A DNA stretch of 64,000 nucleotides from Zygnema circumcarinatum SAG 698-1b (lineage: Eukaryota; Plantae; Zygnematophyceae), in NCBI GenBank assembly GCA_037447605.1, contig CM074808.1:3162001-3226000 (forward strand), read 5' to 3'. Below, piece by piece: positions 54,201 to 64,000 of this stretch (position 1 is its first letter; every line of letters begins with the position of its first letter). Position numbers and translations under genes: made by a program. The notes under the pieces were generated by a model. That model saw only the letters and a list, made by a program, of their open reading frames with translations. It was not told the DNA's origin and did not search any database.

Positions 54201-57200
54201 GGACTACTACTTCCTCCTTCAAAAACCCGAACGGGACACATTCATCGTCTCTCTCAAAGCTACCTTCCATCCCCAACAAAACCTAAAAAACCCCCACACA
54301 CACACCAACACACACACAAGAAAACAAAAGTAGAAAAAAACTCAAAGCTGAAGAGAAACTCGCACCTCGATCGATCCGAGGCAGAAGAGCAGCAGCAGCG
54401 CAAGAAAGAACCATGGCGACATGAAGAAGTAGATGAGCAGCAGAGCGGCGGAGGCGAACCCCACAAAGCCCACCGCCATGGCGAGAGTGATGTCCCACGA
54501 CTCCACCTCCGGGGACTGCTCCGCTTCAAAGCTGGGGACCCGCTGCACCTTCCCAGAAGCTTCTCCGTTCATTAGCATGACGCATCTGAAAGGAGTAAGG
54601 GCATAGGAAGATAGGAGTGGGAGTCCAAGTCCAAGCAGCATCTGCCTTAATTTTCGAAAAAATGAGTCAGAAAGGAAGATACCAGAATCCCGAGAAGTCG
54701 TAGAGAATAGGCTGAGTGGAGGTCAAAGAAAGGAGGTATGTCTTTGCAAAGTGCTTATTCATTCATTGTTCCTTCAAATATGCACCTTTTCGAGCTTCCG
54801 AGGGCGACTCAAGTAGGCTCTTCGCTCCTTTGCAGCGGCCCAATATGAGCCTCCCACTACTGTGAGAACGGCAAGCAGCCAAAGGACTGCCTCGGAGGGG
54901 TCCAACAGCGTCTGGGGGGGAGAGAACATCGTCACCATCACTGTGGAGGGCAGAGAGGAGAGGAGAGAGCATTGGGCTACTGCAGCATGTACGCTCTCCC
55001 ACTCTTCTCTACCTCTTTCTCCTTTCTCTCTCCCCGTTTATGGTCGCTCACTTCTACATCTCCCTTTCCTCCCGCATCGCTCATACTCTCTTCACCCCCT
55101 CTCCTTTGGCCCCACCCTCACCTAATTCCGCGTCCCTCTCCCTCTCTGTTACTCCATCTATTCCTCCTTCCATTCTTCCACTCTTCAGCCATTGATTTTC
55201 CCCATCATTTTTTAGATCCGCGCATCTTTCTCAACTAAAGATATGGAATGTGGGACCTGCAGGAGGGGGAGAAGGGATTCCACTTCATGAGAAGCGAGGT
55301 TTTGGAGTTAAAGAATTCGCCATACCTGTCCCCCCTGCATTAAGGGCGTCTGACAGTTTTTTTGAGGCTGTTCCGGGCAACATTACTGCCGGAATGCTGA
55401 TATTGTACGAAATTCCCGATTCGTCACAATCCATAGCAAATACGCCTGACAGGGTGAAACCCACTCAATAACTAATCATTGATCCAGACAGGGATTCAAT
55501 GATTAAAAAAAAAAAAAGGTTAAAGAACCCCTCCAAGAGAAAATGGATGGTTCAAATCTCCTATTTCCGACGATTCAAGAGTTTCATACCGGGATCAGTG
55601 TTGAGCACAAGAAGGGCTCGCGCTCCCTCCTCTTGCACCACTTGTGCTTTTGTAGCGAACATGCATTCCCCTCTCCATGCGAGGGCAGCTTGGCCATCCA
55701 ACTGCACACATAGAAACGGTTAATTCAACCAAAGATAGTATTAAAAAATCCTCCCCCATAGTCGAGGCATCAAGTGTTTGTGCTTCCAAGATTTTCACTG
55801 AGTTCATGGAGGTCGGTCGGATGACAATATGTTTAAAACAGGATCTTCAGGGGTCACTTCATTCTACTTTCACTCCCTTCTTCAAAATTCTAACTGCTAC
55901 TTAAACTGCTACTTTGATGATAAAGCGGACTTACAGAGTCAAGCGATGTGTTGCAGGCACTCTTAGGGTCCGTCTGCGCAAGGGGGAGAGTTTCTGCATC
56001 TTGCTTTCTTGCAGGCAGCCCTGTTCCAAAGCTGGCACTCACTCCCACTGCCTCAAGCAGCTCGTCTGAAGGAAGTGACAGCTGAACTTTCACCTGCATT
56101 GACAACAAAAAGAACCATCCATTAAGTTTGCCAGCAATCACACAAAATGAGAAAGAAGATCACAATAAGCAAGCCTTGCTCCCCACTTGAAAGCAATGCT
56201 GATGCTGATCGCGCTGACTTCCATGGTACCATTGTTCATAATATATTCCAGTCAGCAATGAATTGTAAACAGGGACATCAGAAGAAGAGGTATTTTGAAT
56301 CAAGTCACAACGTCAGCAATAAACACAGCGTTCAATCCCTTCTGCATATGCAGATGTGGGCTTGAATGATGCTTTACTATAGGTCCGTATGTATCCATCG
56401 CGTATATAATACGCTGTATAATACATGCGTATTATACAATTTTTTAAAATACAGTGTATTTTAAAAGTATTTAACGTATTTTTTTTTTTATTTCTTGTAA
56501 TTGAACGGAGACTGATTATAGGCCAACTAGCACCTCAACACGTGTGACGGGTCACACGTGTGGCACGTGTAGCCGTACAATTTCGTACATAATCTCCGTA
56601 CTGAAATTCCATACGACTCTATGTCAAATTGTACGGATGTTACCAGTTGCGTTAGGGTTGTCTACAGTGTATAATACTGTATGAATACTGTATTATACAT
56701 TGTGTCGAACCTCAAAGTGTATAGAACGGAGCTATATGCTTTACTCAAAAAACCGTTGACTTTCCATAACGTTGAAGTCTTAAAGAATGTGCAGGACTCA
56801 ATATAAAATTCACCTTAGTGCTAAAGTTCAGGGACTTCACATTTTCCTGAACGAAATCCTTTGTAACACGCACTCTGAGGATCCTCTGTTCACCATTTAT
56901 GAACAACTCAAGCGCTTATAGAATCCTACATTTGCAGCGGTTGTTTCGAACTTCTAATGAAGAGAAAATGCAAAATGAACAGAAGTCGAAAGCGTAGAAC
57001 ACGTCAATGCCTGAAATGTTGCAACGAATACATGGAAGGTCTTCCATAACCTCTACTTTTCAATGGACTGAATTCTAAAGACCTTACTTCCATGGGCGAT
57101 GAATGATACCATACGACATTCATGCATTCTTGCCTTCTCCACTCTCTATCTCGCTATTCAGACTAACCATATTTCGATCCCAATACTTAGACATAGACTG

Positions 57201-57782
57201 ATGATGGTTTCTTTGTAATGCAAACTATGTAGGTTGAATGGGCGCATTACACAAATTTCCAATGGCCAACATTCAAACATGTGTAAATCAAGCTGCGTTG
57301 TATAACTCAAGTCCTAGACCTAAAAGGAGCCATGTAACTTCCGGAATGCCAGCAAGCGAAAAGGGGAGAAACTGATGCTGAAACCTAAATTTTGGTAAGG
57401 CTCGAGGCCAGTTTCGATCCTTCATGAACACGCGGATGAGTCAAACAACCTGCCCCGCTTATGTTTTGATTTGCTTTCCACGCCGTCATTCAACGGGTGA
57501 GGCCATTCTCCCTTTCACATGCCGAGATGTGCAAGAACTGAAACCCCAAGTCCTGCGAATATGTCGAAATTTTTACATCCTCGACAGCTGGAGGTGACAG
57601 AGGGAGAAAAAATGGGAGTAGGGGGAAAACAGGTAGAAACCTATATAGAGAGAGAGAGAGGGGCCTACCAGCGCCGCCACATTGCCGCAACCGGGGCTAG
57701 GTGGGCGGCGGGGCTGCCCCTGCGCCCCCCCGCAGGAGAGAGCGAGCGCCAGCACCACCGCCGCCATCCTCAGGGCCGCCAT
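51298..57782 (-). CDS. SPPL: Signal peptide peptidase-like protease (SPPL2/4-type, with PA domain)
   Basis: Signal peptide [24 protein letters not shown]|VKVQ, catalytic [10 protein letters not shown] and [11 protein letters not shown] (GxGD), and [13 protein letters not shown]. The last exon is tentative. Confidence 0.93.
56380..56730. repeat. Palindrome-rich, symmetric insertion in SPPL intron 1 (possible MITE remnant)
   Basis: TGTATAATAC/GTATTATACA hairpins at 56415-56438 and 56668-56699. ACACGTGTGAC/GTCACACGTGT at 56538-56561. CCGTACAATT/AATTGTACGG at 56573-56636. Confidence 0.55.
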
Positions 57783-58087
57783 GGCGGCTCTCCCTCCCTT
57801 CCTCGCACGTGCGAGCGAGCGTCCTGGCCCTCCACCCGGCGGGCACTGCCAACAATGGCAGACGGGCGCCCTCCCCCGGGCTGGACCAACGGCCGGGCCA
57901 ATGGCTGGCGCCAAAATTGGTACCGTACGGCATCTAACGTACTCTGTACGAAATGAGATAATTCGTACAAGTCGGTGCCGGCCTTATACGTGCGAGAGAG
58001 TACGGATCATCATGACTGTAGGAATGCTGACGTGATAGTGACGACATCCTAAGGTCGAGGTAGGCTGGTTTTTCACGAAAAACTACA

Positions 58088-58658
58088 GGGTAGTGCTAAA
58101 TTCACACCTTTTTTGTCTAGACACGGACCTTTTTCCGTCGGGCAGATTTTATAATAGACAAAAAAGGATTAAAAACGGAAAATGCATTTTTCACACCGTT
58201 TTGGAATCGATACACACCTTTTCCCGTCGGGCAGATTTTATTTTACAAAAAAGGCAAATGATACCCTGCCCCTCCCCCCATTTTGGATATCCTGCCCCTT
58301 TTTTTTGTTTTTTTGAGAGAAACAAATATCGGCCTGCCCGAATCCGCTCGGAGCAGAAAATTCGTCCGCCACGAGATCGCTCGCGGGTGTGCGTCCTTCA
58401 CACGTGCGGTACATCTCCACCGTCGATTACATCACAGATCGCACCACGGCAGATCACCGTTCGATCTACAGCCGGGCTCGGTCCAGCGAATGGCACGCAC
58501 CCACGTGTCCCGCCAAAGCCGGCTCAAAGTGGGTCCCTAGCTTCGGGGAAAGGCGAAATACCGTACATTGAAAGCCTGGACCAATCACAATTTGTCACGT
58601 CATTAGAAGTACACGTGGCAGATGGTGATTGCCTTCCAGTTGTCAATAGGCGAGCCGC

Positions 58659-58695
<37 letters not shown>

Positions 58696-58954
58696 GTCCA
58701 GCTCATAATTTTGCGGAGATGTCGGGCCGAGGGACGCGGGCACTCGCACGTGCGGGCCGGCTTTAGCGGGACACGTCGGGGGTTGTATCATTTGCCTTTT
58801 TGTGTAAAATAAAATCTGCCCGACGGAAAAAGATGTGTATCGATTCTAAAAATGTGTGAAAAAAGCTTTTCCGTTTTTAATCCTTTTTTGTCTATTTTAA
58901 AATCTGCCCGGCAAAAAAAGGTCTGTGTTTAGACAAAAAAGGTGTCAATTACCC
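58088..58954. mobile_element. Non-autonomous Mutator-like DNA transposon with ~170-bp TIRs
   Basis: Left TIR 58088-58264 is the reverse complement of right TIR 58785-58954 with scattered mismatches. Both start GGGTA. The near-TSD is AAACTACA / AAACTATA. No transposase. Confidence 0.85.
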
Positions 58955-59194
58955 AAACTATAACGGCTTCAGCACGAATTGTACGGGTTTGCTCCAAAGA
59001 TCGGGCGAAAATATAATTAGGCTCAGCCCGGCGTGTTTGAACAATGCGGTGCTGTGTCATTGGAGTTTAGTTAAAGTTTGCAGTTTAACTGGAATTGACG
59101 TTCTATGTTGAGAGCTGCATAGAATGGAAGCATAGAACGGACCGGCGGCAGAGCAGTGAGCTACGAGCGTCACACTTGTGATATTGCCCATGTG

Positions 59195-59330
59195 GACCGT
59201 CTTCTCCCTACGCTTTCCACGTGGCGTGAAAGTATCTCATCATACAGCCAATCAGGGCGCGCCATGAGATCCAAAAGGCGACATATCTTGCCACGTGGTG
59301 GACCCCGCCTCTCAGCGCCCGCCACATGTC
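59195..59330. promoter_or_regulatory. G-box and CCAAT elements upstream of the DnaJ-ferredoxin gene
   Basis: CCACGTGG at ~59217 and ~59291, and AGCCAATCAG at ~59246. Confidence 0.45.
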
Positions 59331-59586
59331 AAACGCAGGTCTCTATTGCTTGGACGGGCCATGAATCTGGCCCAGATTCTGAGACATGGGGCGGCGGGTT
59401 TAGGGTTCAGAAAAAGCACCGACAGTATCCAGACCACTCACTTCTGATTAGAGTGGAGGAGGGAGGAGGGAGGAGGGAGGAAGGAGGAGAAGGAGGAAGG
59501 AGGAGGAGGAGGGCAGGACTTTTCGGAAGCTTAGTGTTCTTGGCTCAACTTTCTTGGGGCAAAGAAGGCTGCAGTGCAAAGGAGGA

Positions 59587-59610
59587 GGGTTTAGGGTTTA
59601 GGGTTTTAGC
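59587..59610. promoter_or_regulatory. Telo-box-like TTTAGGG repeats immediately 5' of the ATG
   Basis: GGGTTTAGGGTTTAGGGTTTTAG directly precedes CC-ATG at 59612. Confidence 0.55.
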
Positions 59611-59611
59611 C

Positions 59612-62600
59612 ATGGCTGCGGCAGCGGCGCCCGCGTTGGAGGGCTTGGCGGGGCTCTGCGGTGGTGCGGCTGCTCGGAAGGGGAGAGGCTCCGCCTGCAA
59701 GAGCAAGTGGGAGTCTTAGCCAATGCTTTACGCGTGCACAACATGGAAATGGAGGAAGAAATACATCGAATTTGAAATACATGGAGTTTTTATGAATGGG
59801 TCATCACGCAAATATATGGATTAATTTAAGATTTTACGTTTGTTTTGTGATCTGCGTCGGGTGATGGGATGCAGGACCTCCTTTTTGGGACCCTCGTTTT
59901 TAGATTCTGCAGCTAAAGATGGCGTGAAGCTGAGTGGTCACGGGGCGTCCAGGTACGAAAACTTGGCATTTTTATCGTTGCCCTAATCCCGGGTTGAGAA
60001 AAACTTGGCCAATGCTTGAACTGGTTAAGATTGAATGGAGTGCATGGGTGCAGATTTAGTACCAGCACTCGGGCAGCAGGCGGTGCAACCGATTTCGATT
60101 TGGACGGAGAGCGAATTGCAGATGATTATTACTCAGTGCTCGGTCTGGTGGGTGGAACTCCTTCTGTGAGAGAGAGAGAGGGAGGGGAAGAAAGAGTGAG
60201 AGAGAGAGCGAGAGAGAGAGAGAGAGAGAGAGATGGGGTGGAGAGAGAAAGCCACCCACTGAGAGAGTGAGGCACTGAAATGGAGGCTGAGAGTAAGAGA
60301 AGCTTCTTGGAAGCAGGTTCTTGCAGTTGACATGACCTGACCTGACCTGACCTAAATGAAGTGAACTAAAGAGAACATCACAGAACGCCTCTGATTCATG
60401 GTGGTAGTAATTTCTCCCCTGCAGAGAACCGATGCAACTATGGATGAGGTGAAGAGAGCATACTACAGCTGCATGAAGGCGTGCCATCCAGACCTATCTG
60501 GAAACAATCCGGAGAATGTGGCCTTCTGTCAGTTTGTGAATGAAGTGTACGAGGTAATTCTACGTATGCAGTAACTGTAAACTGGAACTGGAACTGGAAC
60601 TGTAACTGGAACTGTAAACAGTTTACAGTTGATGGTAGGCTGGATTTGGATGTACTGTTGGTTCCAAAGGTTGAGGAGATCTATGCTACTGGTAGCATCG
60701 CCGAGAGAAGAGAGGAGGACACCGAGAAGCGGGGTCTTATCACAACTGTAACTGAAATACTTGAAATGGATGCAGGTCCTGAGCGATCCGGAAATGCGAG
60801 CAATCTATGATGAGATTAATGGCTATGCTGCAACGGGAGTCAACCCTTTTTTTGATACCGCCCCTGAGAGGGATCACGTTTTTGTCGACGAGTTTACTTG
60901 TATAGGTACTGCGCCCCTCCCTCTGAAGCCGCTTGGTGATAATCAGGAAAATTAGGGATGACTAGCAGACAGAGAGAGCGCGAAGGAGGCAGACGAGGTG
61001 GGAAGAGCGGTCGGACGAGAGTAGAATGCTAGGGAATAAGGATAAGGCGGAACAGAAAGAGTCACAGAAGCGAAGAGGGAGAAGGGAAAGGGGGGAAAGG
61101 TGGAGGCAGAATTGCCTTGGATACAGACGAGTTTGCCAAACCATGTTTAGCGACATTCTCTTTCGTATGGCCCCCGAAACCGGCTCTTGTCACAGCTCTA
61201 ATGTCTAATGCATGCTCATCGGAGGCCATGCAGGCTGCAAGAACTGCGCCAATACCGCAGAGGACACTTTTGCAATCGAGCCGGACTTTGGGCGCGCCCG
61301 AGTGTGCTCGCAGAGAGCAGACAGTCCGCAGCTCGTGCAGGAGGCCATAGACACGTGGTCAGTGCTGCTGCAGCTTTTAGGGTTTCAAAGGGTTTGTTTG
61401 GTTTCGTTTTTAGGGTTTGCTTTTAGGTTTTTAAGAGTTTGTTTGGTCTTAGGGCCTGGAAGGCTTCAAGGGCACTGAAATGTTCAATCCAGTCCTAATT
61501 TCTTGAAGCCTTCCAGTGCTTCTCAGCCCCTCCGTCTCCTTCTAAGGTCTTTGAATCTTTAGTACTTCTAGGGTTTCCGATCGCTTTAGAAATACTTTGC
61601 GGGTAGGGTGGCCTTCTACATGTCATTCTGGGTTTTCTTGAATCCTAGTTAAGGAATCAGCAGAAATTTCCGCTTCCTGGTTAACCTTCGAAGGAAGTGG
61701 AATTGTTTCAGAGTCATTCAAGTAGGCTTTTTGATTTTTGAAAGTTCTCTTTGTTTAAATGTATGAAGTGTGGAATTTGCAGCCCTGTAAACTGCATCCA
61801 CTGGGTGACGGCTCCTCAGCTGAGCCTTCTCGAGGACGAGATGCGGCGTGTAGAAAGAGTTGCTGTAAGTGTCTGAATACCTCAAACACTGAATTCCTTT
61901 CTGGGCTTTAAGCTCTGAAAACCGAACTAGAAAAAACCTTGATATCAAAAACCCCTTGAAAGGTTGTGGGCAGCACTCTTTTCTCAGTGAGCTTAGGATA
62001 CTTTCTCATATCAGGAACAATTTGAAAGCCCTAAGATGGTCAAAGTGAGACCGTTTCAATGGATCCATAAATTCCGAATATCCGGCTAACAAGAGGCCTC
62101 TTTTGTGGGAACAGGTTGGAATGATGCTTTCAGGAATGGGGAATAAAGGGATTGATGTCTTCGCTCAGGTGCTCCATGGAAACCCTAAAAGTTTCTAAAC
62201 TCTAGTAACTGCATAAACCACTAATTTTCATATTCTAGAAAGCACGTGTATCAAGGCTTATGTGAGAGAGCAGGTTTTTGGATGTTAATTATTCTTTATC
62301 TTTTCTGTTGGAATAAATTTAAGAGGAGCAAAAAGGGAATGCGGGAATGTAGGCAAGTTGGAGGTGGCAGAAAAGACAAGCCAAGGCACTGGTGAGTTTT
62401 TGAGAGGCGTTTGCTGTTTGTGGCTTCTTTCTTAGTTTTCGAGTTTGAATATTTCTTCCTGTTCTCCTTGGGCCGCTGGGAGCAACTGAGACTATCTGTA
62501 TAAGTAGGCAAGCAAGCAAGCCGTACGTAAGCAAGTATAACATAACTACTAAAAAGATCAGTACCTGTTTTTTTGTCAATCCCAAAGAGAAGTCGGATTA

Positions 62601-63413
62601 TGCATGACCTGTCTCATTTGTATTCACAAAGGGAACTCCGTTTGGCTTGCAGGATACTGCCCGAATGAGGAAAATGAGGGAACAGGGCCGCCAGCAGTCA
62701 CAGTGGGGAGAATTTTGGGAGCCTGCAACTGCTTCTCAGGAGTCCGAAGAGCCGACTTCAGGTGAGGTTTCTCCTCTTGAGAAGTTCCATGAATGGGGCG
62801 AAGTGAAACATGCGAGAAGTTCTATGCATGCAACCATCGTGTAAGTGATTTTAAGTAATCAGCATCCAAACATTGTTCCCCAGTTCTTTGTTTTGTAGCT
62901 CTCAGCCGTCCGTTTGGCGGTTCGTGTCAATAGCATTCTATGGGACCGGCTATGTGTCAGTTTTTCCTTTATTTGTTTCGTTTAATTCTCAGTGTTTTTT
63001 TTTCCATGTTTCCTCAGCTAATGGTCTTTCCAAACGCAGTCTAGAATATCCCTAATGAGTGGCAGATTCATGTATGTCTGCTGTTTAAGAGCTGATTTAT
63101 GCTCAAGTAAGGAGCCGAAAGTCACCTTCAATAAGCAGAGGCTTTTAAGAACACTCTTAGAACTTGCATATCCCTCCCAAGTTAAAATATACTAACTTCA
63201 AACTCCATGATATTGATAAGGCTGTGCGTGTGGAGCGAATTTGCTGCAGAGAGGTCTTCCTCCTCAGGGCGACGGTACAACAAGGAGAAGATGGCGCAGG
63301 CAGCTGCTGCAGCTCGAAGGTGGCGCGAATATTCTCGCAGTGGAATGGACCGCCGCCCAACTCGCTATATAGCTGCTACCGCCGTAGAAGAAAGCGAAGA
63401 GGCTCGGGTTTAG
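59612..63413 (+). CDS. DJC77: Chloroplast DnaJ protein with a 4Fe-4S ferredoxin-like domain (DJC77/CDJ type)
   Basis: DDYYSVLGL, KRAYYSCMKACHPD (J domain HPD), HVFVDEFTCIG|CKNC..CPVNCIH, LLEDEMRRVERV, WQKRQAK and AAAARRWREYSR. Confidence 0.94.
60573..60630. repeat. (AACTGG/AACTGT)n repeat ending in a perfect 10-bp inverted repeat
   Basis: AACTGTAAAC-A-GTTTACAGTT at 60610-60630, in a DJC77 intron. Confidence 0.8.
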
Positions 63414-64000
63414 CTTTAATCCTAGATGAACCTAGAAATTCTCCTATTTGGGTGTGTTTCAGCGGTAGGGAAAGGGGGTTGGGGGGGATAGAATTGGTGC
63501 CGTTGTTTGGTTGCAGCTTCCCTATGCTGTATAGGTTTAGTATTCATTGGGAAGTACATAAGGTAGGAATGGTCTTGGAAGGCGCGGAGTCTGTGTAGAT
63601 ATGTTATTTTTGATTGTTTTGGCAGTGCACGTTTTTTTCCCCCGGAGAGGCAATAAGGGCAATAAGTCTGTTCAGGTTGCTCCCGATGCTCCTTCGCTCG
63701 CTGCTGTTGATTGGCTATAGAATCAGAGGGTCGTTGATGTGGGTTTGCAAATAAATTACCGTTGCCACTCTTTCGGACATAGTATTTAGTTTCGGATGTG
63801 CAACGGTTTGTTTTGTCTTGTGTAGATTTGACTCCGACTATGGTTTTAGAAAAGAGGCTTAAAGGGAATAAAAAATGGCATTGAACTCACGATGGCGAGG
63901 CTATCAAATGTACATGGACAAAAGCAGCATGGGGAATCAAGAGGGACGGGTGGCAAAGTACTTAAGCACAAACGAAAGAAGCTAAGATCGGAAAACTACG

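Noticed and set aside
58093-58812. 239-aa ORF as a transposase
   Set aside because: It runs through TIR sequence and has no DDE or zinc-finger motifs.
59156-59719. 187-aa ORF upstream of and including the DJC77 first exon
   Set aside because: The 5' part is promoter/UTR-like with G-boxes and GA repeats. The transit-peptide-like start is the ATG at 59612.

Overview
Eukaryotic nuclear DNA from the green-plant lineage. The intron-rich genes have land-plant-type homologues (GAPC, NPU, SOL1, RRG/RRL, DJC77). The intron-containing tRNA-Cys and TTAGGG repeats make a streptophyte alga the best guess, which is inference. About 13 protein-coding genes are present, nearly all as head-to-head pairs: an unidentified gene, cytosolic GAPDH, farnesylcysteine lyase, pirin, a TVP38/TMEM64 protein, an unknown plastid membrane protein, NPU, RAB3GAP1, an intronless DAO-family oxidoreductase, SOL1-type carboxypeptidase, an RMND1/RRL protein, SPPL protease and a DnaJ-ferredoxin protein. 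A small ncRNA cluster at 15-16.2 kb holds U5 snRNA head-to-head with tRNA-Gln(CTG), plus an intron-bearing tRNA-Cys(GCA). The most notable non-genic features are a ~590-bp TTAGGG/TGAGGG telomeric array filling a RAB3GAP1 intron, a Mutator-like non-autonomous element with ~170-bp TIRs, tRNA-Cys flanks that recur 13 kb away without the tRNA, and GTAC palindromes plus a G-box cluster in the FCLY/pirin shared promoter. Exon boundaries were read by eye. No database searches were run, so family calls rest on recalled conserved motifs. Two 10-N assembly gaps are present. No clearly novel multi-gene system could be proven from sequence alone.
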